Shown here one piece after another: positions 1 to 8,569 of a DNA stretch of 64,000 bases. Every line of letters starts with the position of its first letter. The stretch's first letter is position 1. The position numbers were made by a program, and so were the translations under genes. The notes under the pieces were generated by a model, which was not told where the DNA came from, searched no databases, and saw nothing but the letters and a program-made list of their open reading frames with translations. Source of the stretch: a candidate division WWE3 bacterium UBA1401 (GTDB taxonomy: Bacteria; Patescibacteriota; WWE3; UBA101185; UBA10185); contig DBQF01000001.1 of the NCBI GenBank assembly GCA_002305115.1, positions 224,916 through 288,915 on the forward strand. The letters run 5' to 3'.

Positions 1-131
1 TGAGTAGGTCTATGGTTAGGGCTATGATTAAAGTGGGTATGAGTATGTGCATACGCTTAGTAAGTGGCTCAATTGTACTATCTTTTGAAAAAAAATTGAC
101 AGGGCTAGAGAGTAATAATATACATACTAGT

Positions 132-347
132 ATGAAAGATGAAAAAATATCTAATACAAACACTAAAGGACAGTTGGTTATTCCTCCCGTCAAAGCCGTT
201 ATTCCTGATATTCCTAATAATAATGTTTATAGGCAAGTGCTTGAAAGTACTGTCGGCTCTTGGAGAAATGATACCTACGAAGAGACTATTAAAAAAAGGC
301 AGAAATTAGAGCTGGAAGCATCCCGCAAAAGGAAAAAAGAGTGGTAG
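132..347 (+). CDS. putative AbrB/SpoVT-type antitoxin (VapB-like) paired with a decayed PIN gene
   Basis: ORF 12-347 with a probable ATG at 132. 'TKGQLVIPP' motif and basic C-terminus. Its stop overlaps the PIN ORF start (341) by 7 nt. Confidence 0.4.
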   Translation: MKDEKISNTNTKGQLVIPPVKAVIPDIPNNNVYRQVLESTVGSWRNDTYEETIKKRQKLELEASRKRKKEW

Positions 348-660
348 TTTTGGATACTAGCATTATTATTGACCATCTACGTCAAAGAGCTGGTACCCAG
401 ACTCGTTTATTGAAACTTAATGAGACAGAAAGTATGCAAAACTTATGTATCTCCGTTATAACCTTGCAGGAATTATACGAGGGCCAAAGTACGAAAAATG
501 AACAGCGTTTAAATCAGATGCTTTCTATCTTAGCCCCATGGAATTTGCCGATGCCGCTATAGCTGCAACTTGCATTTATAATGATTTTGAACTTGCTACC
601 TTAAATAGTAAACACTTTTTAAGTATTGCTGAACTTAGGTTATATGATAGAGATTTTTGA
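341..660 (+). pseudogene. PIN-domain (VapC-type) toxin, frameshifted and internally shortened
   Basis: PIN N-terminus 'MVVLDTSIIIDHL' is in the frame of 341-562. The PIN C-terminus 'EFADAAIAATCIYNDFELATLNSKHF' continues in a different frame at 541-660. The middle of the domain appears to be missing. Confidence 0.6.
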
Positions 661-740
661 GTTCTGCTAAGGCAGTTTTTCAATTATAATCTATAGTCAC
701 CTTTGGCCTGCACTCCTTTTGTAGGGCTGATGAGGTTTTA

Positions 741-827
741 AGTATTTATCTGTTTACTAATTCTTCGTAGTTTTCCATCATGAAATCATGGTAGAAGTCA
801 TTTTCCGATAAATACCTGTATACATTT
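741..827. repeat. 87-bp repeat, copy 1 (3' end of the 746-1184 gene)
   Basis: Aligns with 1842-1928. The core 775-827 vs 1876-1928 is 52/53 identical. On the minus strand it encodes '...NVYRYLSENDFYHDFMMENYEELVNR*'. Confidence 0.8.
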
Positions 828-1184
828 GCAGTTTTATCCGGAGATTCACTATTGAACTCTGCACACAGTTTATCTATTTGTGGCTCAGTTTCTTGCGATA
901 AGGTTATCTGTTGTATGTTGCCGTCCGGATGCTTGAAAACAAAGAAGATATTGTTTTTACCAATTATTTCATTCCAATAACCATTTGAAAGTTTACTTTT
1001 TAACTAAACTTATGTATTGATCTATGTTTTGGTCTGGGATTTTTAGCTTTCTGCTACCGGAAGGTGTTGTTTCGATGATTTCTGCATCTATGTCTGCAAG
1101 TTCAGTGTTGCTAATGTTTTCCGCACCTATGAGGTAGCTTAGGTAGTAGTTCATGTAATTAGTATACAATTTTTCCGTAATCAC
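746..1184 (-). pseudogene. hypothetical gene split by a +1 frame change at an A5 run
   Basis: The 63-aa ORF 993-1184 ends at TAA. An open frame at 746-1003 continues in +1 ('KLSNGYWNEIIGKNNIFFVFKHPDG...') without an ATG. The junction reads GTTAAAAAGTAAAC. Confidence 0.35.
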
Positions 1185-1206
1185 CCATATGATACGACGG
1201 TTTTTT

Positions 1207-1485
1207 TTATAATCTACAGCGGGCGGTTAAGACATCTTCAGCCCAACGCAGTCGCGCTTTTGGATCGGCAAAGTCTGTAAAAGTGCTGTTAAGAATTCTC
1301 AGTTTATTCCTAATTTCCTTTTCGTGGGTGCTTAACTCGATTTTGTCAAAATCCTTGTCTGCATGTTCCAAAAATTCTTTGACTGATTTTTGTGGAATTT
1401 CTTTAGTTAAATCTCCGGTGGCTGTTACAATCCTAAACAAATCCATTTTTATAGAATCAATGATAAATTTTTTGTCTCTTGTCAT
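1207..1485 (-). CDS. hypothetical protein (92 aa)
   Basis: ORF overlapping the upstream ORF 1482-1820 by 4 nt. No motif recognised. Confidence 0.5.
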   Translation of the reverse strand: MTRDKKFIIDSIKMDLFRIVTATGDLTKEIPQKSVKEFLEHADKDFDKIELSTHEKEIRNKLRILNSTFTDFADPKARLRWAEDVLTARCRL

Positions 1486-1820
1486 ATTTCCAAAAACTCC
1501 TTGGTAAGACTAAAAAGTTTATCTCTTATCTCTTTGTCCATTATTTCATAAGTTGTTTTGTTAAGTGCTGGTTTATAGTTACTCATTGCCATATATTCTA
1601 CTTCTTTTGTACTTATTCGATATCCACCGCCATAAAGATTTTCCAATCTTGAGCCTTTGTTTATGAGTACCTCTTCACAATCTATGTGATATTCTCCTCC
1701 AACTGCCAGAATGTTTTTTTCAATATCAATAACGGTTTTTATGTAGTCTTGATAAGCTTCACGTGCTTGTTCGAATTCTTCGGGGATTATTTTCCTGTTT
1801 AGGACGATGATCATGGTCAA
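1482..1820 (-). CDS. hypothetical protein (112 aa)
   Basis: ORF with start/stop overlap to 1207-1485. No motif recognised. Confidence 0.5.
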   Translation of the reverse strand: MTMIIVLNRKIIPEEFEQAREAYQDYIKTVIDIEKNILAVGGEYHIDCEEVLINKGSRLENLYGGGYRISTKEVEYMAMSNYKPALNKTTYEIMDKEIRDKLFSLTKEFLEI

Positions 1821-1841
1821 ATTCTATCACGGTTGTTTCTA

Positions 1842-1928
1842 AGTACTTATCTGTTAACAAGTTCGGCGTAATGATCCATCATGAAATCATGGTAGAAATC
1901 ATTTTCCGATAAATACCTGTATACATTT
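1842..1928. repeat. 87-bp repeat, copy 2 (orphan gene-end fragment)
   Basis: On the minus strand it encodes '...NVYRYLSENDFYHDFMMDHYAELVNR*'. Only about 40 codons are open upstream and there is no start codon, so this is a remnant of a paralogue of 746-1184. Confidence 0.7.
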
Positions 1929-1981
1929 CTTCTTCGAGTTGGTACGTGTTCGACACTATAACTCTTTGTGGTGTAGAACGT

Positions 1982-2134
1982 CTATTGAGTTTTCATCTCT
2001 TTCATCTGATTTGCGCGCTCTATGGCTTCTCCAGGTCTAGCTGTAGATAGTATACCTATTGTAATTGGCACAATTATAAGCACTAAAAAGATGAATGCCA
2101 AAATTATCAGTATTATCTTTAACCATTTAGGCAT
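1982..2134 (-). CDS. small membrane protein (50 aa)
   Basis: Not in the ORF track because it is under 60 aa. ATG at 2134 is preceded by AAGGAG. 'MPKWLKIILIILAFIFLVLIIVPITIGIL' forms one TM helix. Confidence 0.4.
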   Translation of the reverse strand: MPKWLKIILIILAFIFLVLIIVPITIGILSTARPGEAIERANQMKEMKTQ

Positions 2135-2211
2135 AAAAAAACTCCTTGCTTATAGTTTACACTTAAGTTTATTCGTGAGCAAGACCTCCTATTGGTTTTT
2201 TGTTTTTCGAG

Positions 2212-2400
2212 TGGTTGGGGTGATCCTCCTACGTCCTTCGGACTTCGGCGGGCAGGGACTCGGTTACTTGTCAGCAAATGTGGCCGTGCCATCCAAAGCG
2301 TTAACAGTAGTCGATAGAATTATTTCTAAATTGGTATTGTCTAGCTATTCTATAAAGGAAATCTGTCTGCGACGGATGGTCGGGGAAACAGGATTAGAAC
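2212..2400. repeat. left copy of a ~190-bp direct repeat carrying tRNA-Pro 3'-end-like termini
   Basis: Aligns with 9759-9951. The 124-bp core 2262-2385 is identical to 9813-9936. Termini are TGGTTGGGGTGAT (2212-2224) and TGGTCGGGGAAACAGGATTAGAAC (2377-2400, 20/24 identical to the tRNA-Pro 3' end). Confidence 0.85.
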
Positions 2401-2430
2401 TGCTCAATATACTAAAAGGTATTACCATCT

Positions 2431-3084
2431 TTGCTGTATAATTGCACTATGGACCCAAAAGGTAAAAAGCTGATGACAGTATTTGCCCATCCTGACGATG
2501 CTGAAATATGGGCAGGTGGAACAATAGCCAAATGGGATAAACGTGGTGGTAAATCCCTGGTTGTTTGCTTTACAACAGATGGCACGAGAAAAGATGAGGC
2601 GAGACGGGGCGCAAGTATTTTAGGGTCCGAACTCTCAATAGTTGAAGATAACCCTGAATTCAGTAAGCCCAACATCGAGCTAGTATCAAAGGAGATAGAA
2701 GAATTTAGTCCGGAAATTCTTATAACACATACATCGCAAGACTCTCATCCGGAGCATCGCGCTGTCTTTGAAATAGTGTCGAATTCGATAATTAACTCAA
2801 GAATCAGGCAAGGAAAACCCAAGTTGTTGTTATGTGCGGATACATATAATGAAATTTGTTTAGATGGAGTTTTCAATCCAAACATCTACGTTGATGTGTC
2901 TGATTATTTTGATCTTAAAATGGCGGCGATAGAAATTTACAAATCACAACCGTTCGACATGTGGAAGAAAGTGGCCACAGATCAAAATGAATTGCTTGGC
3001 TCTAGACTGTCGGAAGTCAAATATGCGGAAGGTTTCATCCAGGTACCCATTTTAGGGAAGTTAGCCAATCTTTCCCTCTTTTGA
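2431..3084 (+). CDS. PIG-L/LmbE family N-acetylglucosaminyl deacetylase
   Basis: 'VFAHPDDAEIWAGGT' signature and 'HPEH' motif. Start may be a later Met. Confidence 0.85.
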   Translation: MLYNCTMDPKGKKLMTVFAHPDDAEIWAGGTIAKWDKRGGKSLVVCFTTDGTRKDEARRGASILGSELSIVEDNPEFSKPNIELVSKEIEEFSPEILITHTSQDSHPEHRAVFEIVSNSIINSRIRQGKPKLLLCADTYNEICLDGVFNPNIYVDVSDYFDLKMAAIEIYKSQPFDMWKKVATDQNELLGSRLSEVKYAEGFIQVPILGKLANLSLF

Positions 3085-4211
3085 TGAGAATAGCATTTAC
3101 ATTTCTGACATATGGTACAAATATTTTTGGGGGTATTGAGAATGCACTTTTCAATTTAACTAAAGGCTTGAAGGATATTGGGCATGAGGTCTCTGTTTTT
3201 ACTAGTTCAACATATCTAAGTACTAATGGGAATCTTCCCGCTAACGTATATCAGTCGAAACATCTACCTACAAAATATGATGGGAATGTAAACAGACTCA
3301 TTTCCTATTTGCAAGATCATAGCAAACTTATTAACAGTGACCTTGATTCCTTCCTCGAGAAATGTAAGCCAGACCACGTTGTTGTTGTGGATCCTATTTG
3401 GGGAATCCTAGAAGCGACCGCTTACATTAACAGGAGAAACATCCCCATATCTATGTCTTATCATATAGCCAATGATTGGCCAGAAACAAGACCGATAATG
3501 GAACGTTCCCTACTTAACCAATACGCTAACTTTTTTGTTGTAAGCAGGTTTTTGGAAACAGAAATAAAAGGTAAATTTAATGTGGCTAGGGATGTAAAAA
3601 TGAAAATTTTACCAAACTCTATCGATACTTCCTTATATAGTGATCCTTCTAGCATTCCAGAGGAATATATCTTCTGTAATTCAAGGATAGCGGAAGGAAA
3701 AAATGTTGACGTCTTAGTCAATGCCTTCAGCACAATTAAGGACGATGGTTTGGAATTAGTACTTTGTACAGGAAAATTTCCTTTTGGGGATTCCGCTAAC
3801 GTAGTTAATAAAATGGAAAGACTTGTCAAAGAACTACGGATAGAGAATCAAGTTAAATTTTTACCCAACATAAATTGGGTGGATGTCCCAGCGATGGTTA
3901 AGAAATCCTATGCTGTTGTATTACCCTCAACTTATGAGACGTTTGGAATCGCAGCACTAGAAGCCTCCGTTGCTGGTGTTCCTCTGATAGTTGCGGATGC
4001 CACGAATTTTAAGAATCTTGTAAAACGGAATGCACTTTTTTTTACACCGAATGCTATAGAAGATCTAAGCAAAAAAATACGGACGCTACGTAGAAATTAC
4101 AAATACTATAGAGACAAATCTAGTAAAGACAAAGTGCATTTTATAAATAACTTCGATAATATAGTTGTTGCAGAAAGGCTTGTGAATGAAATACATTCTA
4201 ACAACGTGTAG
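3081..4211 (+). CDS. glycosyltransferase family 4 (GT-B)
   Basis: 'GGIENALFNL' N-terminal motif and 'YETFGIAALEASVAGVPLIV' C-terminal motif. TGATG overlap with the upstream gene. Confidence 0.85.
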   Translation: MMRIAFTFLTYGTNIFGGIENALFNLTKGLKDIGHEVSVFTSSTYLSTNGNLPANVYQSKHLPTKYDGNVNRLISYLQDHSKLINSDLDSFLEKCKPDHVVVVDPIWGILEATAYINRRNIPISMSYHIANDWPETRPIMERSLLNQYANFFVVSRFLETEIKGKFNVARDVKMKILPNSIDTSLYSDPSSIPEEYIFCNSRIAEGKNVDVLVNAFSTIKDDGLELVLCTGKFPFGDSANVVNKMERLVKELRIENQVKFLPNINWVDVPAMVKKSYAVVLPSTYETFGIAALEASVAGVPLIVADATNFKNLVKRNALFFTPNAIEDLSKKIRTLRRNYKYYRDKSSKDKVHFINNFDNIVVAERLVNEIHSNNV

Positions 4212-4593
4212 TAAAGACAAAGATGAGAGCAAGGTCCTTCTTCCAGCTATTCAGAGATATACGGACAACCGTGTTGCATATGTATACAGAATAAGCAAGA
4301 AATTGTCGTTACCCATGATCATATTTTCTGGTAAATACGGGATCTTGAAAACCAATGATCCGATTCCATTTTATGACCTTAGATTGGAGAAAGAACATGT
4401 TGATGCAATGGTTGAAAAGGTTGCGGGTCAGTTCCACCAGTTAAGTGTTTCCAAAATAGATTTCTATGGTTTAGATGAACAAACTCATACTGATTGGGTA
4501 CCCTACTATGATGTTATTAGAGAGGTTTGTGTACAAGTTGGTACAGAACTGAATATTATCCATTTAAAAGAGAGTGAATATGCCACAAAATAA
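4186..4593 (+). CDS. hypothetical protein (135 aa)
   Basis: ORF overlapping both neighbours within the GT operon. No firm motif. Confidence 0.5.
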   Translation: MKYILTTCSKDKDESKVLLPAIQRYTDNRVAYVYRISKKLSLPMIIFSGKYGILKTNDPIPFYDLRLEKEHVDAMVEKVAGQFHQLSVSKIDFYGLDEQTHTDWVPYYDVIREVCVQVGTELNIIHLKESEYATK

Positions 4594-5809
4594 ACCTTTT
4601 TTACCGCACTGGTTTAAGTATATTGACTTGGAAAGCAAGAGACAGTTCAATGCTGAACTGTTCAAGGATGGTTCATTTCGTATTTATGAGCGTGAAACTA
4701 TCAGAGGTCAGGATCAAAACATTGCAATTTTTCTCGATGGTGTATTCCACCCCACTACAACAGGAGCTGCCTATTACTTTATGAATCTTTTGGTAGGCCT
4801 TGCAGGAAGTCCGCTAAATGTTTTTTTGTTTAGATGTTATAGAGGGTGGGAAGATCCATATATTTATGAAAAATTACCATTTAGTACTGTATGTATAGAT
4901 CCAGAAGTATTTTATGATGATCTTACGTCACAAATAGACGTATTACGAAAATACTCTATTCGTACTCTGATTTTTGACACATCTGAAGTTATTTTACGAC
5001 AAGGGGTTTACTTTAAGGAGACTTTGAAATCAAAAATAATCCACGATATACAAAATGTAGACCATGTTTTATCGAAAATGGGAGGTTTGTCCCCTGATGT
5101 AGTGGAAAAACAAAAACAAGAACTTCTCGCTGCAGATAAATACGTGGATTTATATTGGGCAAAGACGGAAATGGATAAAGTACAACTACAGAATGTAGGG
5201 ATAGACCCGCATAAAATCAGAGTAAGGCATCCTATTATTGATACTAAGAGAATACGTTACTCCTTAAGGAAGAAACTAGGAAATCCTGTTAAAGCACTCT
5301 TCCTTGGAAACATGTCTTATCCCCCCAATATAGAGGGTTTAGAAGTCCTGGAGAACACCTACAAAGATTGTGTGACGAATGGCATTAGGCTTGAAATTGA
5401 CGTTGTAGGAGAAGGTGATTTGGCAACGCTTGCAGAGAAGTTCCCCCACCTCAATTTAAAAGGTAAAGTGGATAGCATAAATGACCTCTTCTTGGATTAT
5501 CATTTAGCATTCGCTTGTCCCTCGTATGGATCAGGTATTAGCCTTAAGGTTTTGGATTATATGGCAGCTGGATTGCCTGTTATAGCAAATGACATAGGAG
5601 TTAGAGGACATTCCCAACTGATCAGTAATTATGTCCTGATCGATAACAGAGAGTCACTTTATCCCGCTGTTCAGAGGTTATTCGAGAACCCCGAGTTTTA
5701 TACTCGTTTGAGTTCGTCAAGCCGAGTATATATAGACAAATATTTTAATCCGGAAAAAGATATACGTACCTTTGAGGATGATATAAGGGAAATTAATCTC
5801 TGTCCTTGA
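4574..5809 (+). CDS. glycosyltransferase (GT-B, GT4-like C-terminal domain)
   Basis: C-terminal 'GSGISLKVLDYMAAGLPVIAND' resembles the Glycos_transf_1 motif. Confidence 0.7.
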   Translation: MNMPQNKPFLPHWFKYIDLESKRQFNAELFKDGSFRIYERETIRGQDQNIAIFLDGVFHPTTTGAAYYFMNLLVGLAGSPLNVFLFRCYRGWEDPYIYEKLPFSTVCIDPEVFYDDLTSQIDVLRKYSIRTLIFDTSEVILRQGVYFKETLKSKIIHDIQNVDHVLSKMGGLSPDVVEKQKQELLAADKYVDLYWAKTEMDKVQLQNVGIDPHKIRVRHPIIDTKRIRYSLRKKLGNPVKALFLGNMSYPPNIEGLEVLENTYKDCVTNGIRLEIDVVGEGDLATLAEKFPHLNLKGKVDSINDLFLDYHLAFACPSYGSGISLKVLDYMAAGLPVIANDIGVRGHSQLISNYVLIDNRESLYPAVQRLFENPEFYTRLSSSSRVYIDKYFNPEKDIRTFEDDIREINLCP

Positions 5810-6443
5810 CCAGGTAAATGCCAGGTAAGCTTACCCCAGTTACGATAGCCTTCCATACTATTTGACCTAGTGTTAGTCCTAGAGCTGTAGATATGCCCAA
5901 GGATTCCCCACCAAAAATCAGAGGTAAGGTAGTGAAGGCCAAAACAGCAAATATCAGTGAGTCTACTGGCAAACTTACAGCATTACTGACCAAAACCCTT
6001 GACCACTGGGGAAATTTGGCAAAGCGACTTTTCCACAGCTGGTATATTTCAGTATCTAACAATTCGCTAACAACTTCAGCTATTATAGAAGCAATAGTAA
6101 TTGAAGGCACTAAACCAAAAATTGAATTCCATGCCCCCTCTAATGCGAAGAACTTTGGGGAAGGAAGAAACGTCATTAGTTGTAAGTAAAAAGCCATTAT
6201 CAAATTCAGGCCTCCCGCTGTTAGAATTGTTGCTCTTGCCCACTCTTTTCCTAGCCTCTTATGTAACATATCTCTCAATGTAAAAGTTAAGGTGAAAATG
6301 AATGTACCCGCAGGTATAGCAAAACCATAAATCCGCACAATCTTTGTTGCTCCTATATCAGCTAACGCTTGAAATACGAGGTATGATCCCACAAGCAGAA
6401 CTATTGTCCATATTTCTTTTTTGTTAAGATTACTCAGACTCAT
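5793..6443 (-). CDS. yhhQ: queuosine-precursor (preQ0/preQ1) transporter, YhhQ/DUF165 family
   Basis: Multi-TM protein with 'ADIGATKIV...AGTFIFTLTFTLRDMLHKRLGKEWA', typical of YhhQ. Confidence 0.75.
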   Translation of the reverse strand: MSLSNLNKKEIWTIVLLVGSYLVFQALADIGATKIVRIYGFAIPAGTFIFTLTFTLRDMLHKRLGKEWARATILTAGGLNLIMAFYLQLMTFLPSPKFFALEGAWNSIFGLVPSITIASIIAEVVSELLDTEIYQLWKSRFAKFPQWSRVLVSNAVSLPVDSLIFAVLAFTTLPLIFGGESLGISTALGLTLGQIVWKAIVTGVSLPGIYLVKDRD

Positions 6444-6879
6444 TTTTTATTGTAGTCAAAATTTTTACAAGTTCTTCTTCTGTTTCAGCCATATTCTGTC
6501 CAATACTTTCTGTTATCATAATATTATCGTAACCCTGTTTATCCATGCTTCTTATATCTGTTTTAAAACCAACACATTTCTTTCCTAAAATATAAGCCAT
6601 TCCAAGTTCAGCACATGTTCCTTCGTCTGGTACCCTTCCATCCAGTAAACACAATATTATGTCACATTTTTTAACGCCCTCTAAATCATTATTAAAAATT
6701 GTTTTTCTTAATTTTGCGGTGTCACTTGTGTTTTTGCTTAAGTCACTAAACCTACCTGCTTTGTCTTGTGGCAAGTGGACTACAAAACCCAAATCCTCAA
6801 CGAGTTTTTTTATATGTAAATTTCTGTGCCACTCCATTTCATTAAATAGTGGCGCGGCGATATATATTAAAATTCCCAT
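6430..6879 (-). CDS. nucleoside 2-deoxyribosyltransferase family protein
   Basis: 'IYIAAPLFNEME' and 'PDEGTCAELGMAY' motifs. 14-nt overlap with yhhQ. Confidence 0.75.
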   Translation of the reverse strand: MGILIYIAAPLFNEMEWHRNLHIKKLVEDLGFVVHLPQDKAGRFSDLSKNTSDTAKLRKTIFNNDLEGVKKCDIILCLLDGRVPDEGTCAELGMAYILGKKCVGFKTDIRSMDKQGYDNIMITESIGQNMAETEEELVKILTTIKNESE

Positions 6880-6941
6880 ATGCTGAGAATAATATCATAT
6901 AAAATCCTCTAACAATAATGCATACCTGGTATACTAAACCT

Positions 6942-6977
6942 AGGCTGAGTTAGGGAGATACACGCCTAATTCAGCCT
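6942..6977 (+). promoter_or_regulatory. 5'-leader hairpin of the RT operon (13-bp stem, 10-nt loop)
   Basis: AGGCTGAGTTAGG (6942-6954) pairs with CCTAATTCAGCCT (6965-6977). The one non-WC pair is G-U on the + strand only. An extended -10 TGGTATACT at 6927-6935 puts the predicted TSS at about 6942. The ATG is at 6985 with no SD. Confidence 0.5.
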
Positions 6978-6984
6978 ATTTAAT

Positions 6985-7719
6985 ATGACAACAGACTTAC
7001 TCGATAAAGCCTTTAAACTTCTAAGAAGGAATTATGGTTGCCCCGGTCTAGATGGCGTTTCTTTAAGAGAGATAAAAAAAGATTATAACAAGCATAAAAA
7101 TGTGGTTTTGGGCAAATATACTGAGAATCAAGTAAACTCCTTGTCAATAAAGACAACTACTATAATTGATTATGGAGGTAAAGAAAGGGAAATATTTGTT
7201 TATTGCATCCATGAAAGATGGTTGCAAATGTACCTGAAATTACAAATTGAACATGACATTGAGAAGAACTTGAAAAGTTATGTTTTCGGTTATAGAAAAG
7301 GTGTGACAATGAAGGACTTGCATAGCTACTTACTTAATACCGGTCTCGAGCATATCCTTCATTTAGATATAGCCAAATATTTTGATCAAATTGATAGAGA
7401 ATCACTCTTTAATTTTCTAGAACACAATATTGGTGTAAGTAGAGACATCCTTGTTAAGATTCAAAAGAGTGTTTCTCATACAAATAAAGGATTGCCGCAA
7501 GGCAATGTTTTGTCCCCTATTCTATCAAATGTCTACCTTATACCCTTTGATAAGTGCTTTCCAGAAAATTATGCAAGATTTAGTGATGATCTCTATTTTG
7601 CACTAGGAACTCCCAGGAAAAAGGATGAAATGGTTAAGAAAATTAGCGAGCATCTACTTAAACATAAGCTTAAGATAAATTATAGTAAACTGGAAATTAA
7701 GAATGTTAACAAATTCTAA
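6985..7719 (+). CDS. reverse transcriptase (RNA-directed DNA polymerase), unusually short, no thumb region
   Basis: RT motifs: 'GCPGLDGVS', 'LDIAKYFDQID', 'GLPQGNVLSPILSNVYL', 'RFSDDLYF' (FSDD catalytic box) and 'KLKINYSKLEI'. The ORF ends about 8 aa after the last motif. Confidence 0.85.
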   Translation: MTTDLLDKAFKLLRRNYGCPGLDGVSLREIKKDYNKHKNVVLGKYTENQVNSLSIKTTTIIDYGGKEREIFVYCIHERWLQMYLKLQIEHDIEKNLKSYVFGYRKGVTMKDLHSYLLNTGLEHILHLDIAKYFDQIDRESLFNFLEHNIGVSRDILVKIQKSVSHTNKGLPQGNVLSPILSNVYLIPFDKCFPENYARFSDDLYFALGTPRKKDEMVKKISEHLLKHKLKINYSKLEIKNVNKF

Positions 7720-8569
7720 AGAAAAAAGAATACTGATAATGGATGGAAGTCACTACCTATATAGGGCATATTATGGAGTTCCAGATAGTGCAAAATTGCC
7801 AAGTGGTCTGCAAGTGAATGCTGTATATGGTTTTTTTGCATACCTAAGAAAAGTGGTGGATTCTGTAAACCCTTCTAACATTGTTGTTGTTTTTGACTCG
7901 GAAACCGGTATCTCTGAAAAGGTGGCTCAAAATACCTCCTATAAAGCAAACCGGAACTATTCAGATACGGGAATGTATGAGCAGTTGCCCATAATAAAGA
8001 AAATCTTAACCTTTTTATGCATTCCATATATTGAACCTGACAATCTTGAGGCCGATGATTATATAGGGGCATTAGCTGTGAGAAGCAAAGCTAGAAGTTA
8101 TACATTGATATTTTCGAATGACGCAGATTTTCTCCAACTGTTGGATGATTCCCTTAACGTAGTAAAGATGGGAAGAAAACAACCAGAGATCATGGATAAT
8201 GATAGTTTTTATGAGGTCTTCGGTTTTGAAAGTAAATACTATGTTGATTATTTAACGTTGAAAGGGGACCCAACGGATAATGTCAGGGGGGTACCGGGTA
8301 TCGGCAAAAAAACTGCCCAAAAGTTTATTTCCACCTATAACTCTATTGATAATATATACGCAAATCTTTCTGATCACCCGGAGAGAATGCGGCATTTACT
8401 ACTTGAGTATGAGTATGTTGTGAAAAGTACGTACGAACTACTGAAAATAGACACCTCTGTTGGGACCGAGGATATTGAAGAAATACTCAAAATCCCGTTT
8501 CAAAAGCATGATGAGTTGAAGAATAAAACTAACCACTTACTAACTTGCGTTGGAACTAACACTAGATGA
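7703..8569 (+). CDS. 5'-3' exonuclease / flap endonuclease (Pol I N-terminal domain family)
   Basis: 'MDGSHYLYRAYY', 'VVVFDSE', 'EADDYIGAL', 'SNDADFLQL' and H3TH 'GDPTDNVRGVPGIGKKTAQKF'. Start lies 17 nt inside the RT ORF. Confidence 0.85.
   Translation: MLTNSKEKRILIMDGSHYLYRAYYGVPDSAKLPSGLQVNAVYGFFAYLRKVVDSVNPSNIVVVFDSETGISEKVAQNTSYKANRNYSDTGMYEQLPIIKKILTFLCIPYIEPDNLEADDYIGALAVRSKARSYTLIFSNDADFLQLLDDSLNVVKMGRKQPEIMDNDSFYEVFGFESKYYVDYLTLKGDPTDNVRGVPGIGKKTAQKFISTYNSIDNIYANLSDHPERMRHLLLEYEYVVKSTYELLKIDTSVGTEDIEEILKIPFQKHDELKNKTNHLLTCVGTNTR

Noticed and set aside
2022-2441. ORF 2022-2441 and ORF 9819-10043 share an identical peptide ('SANVAVPSKALTVVDRIISKLVLSSYSIKEICLRRMVG').
   Set aside because: The identity comes from the ~190-bp DNA direct repeat. 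The second ORF runs antisense through tRNA-Pro. Neither has an SD and neither has a plausible protein family.
6880-6984. preQ1 riboswitch upstream of the NDT-yhhQ operon (yhhQ genes are often preQ1-regulated).
   Set aside because: On the minus strand I found no short P1 hairpin followed by a CCCUCU/A-rich tail. The only strong hairpin needs a G-U pair that exists on the + strand only.
6880-7719. RT as the intron-encoded protein of a group II intron.
   Set aside because: Only 105 nt separate the RT from the upstream divergent gene, which leaves no room for domains I-III. I found no domain V-like GAGCCGTAT...ACGGTTC element. There is no maturase/X or En domain.
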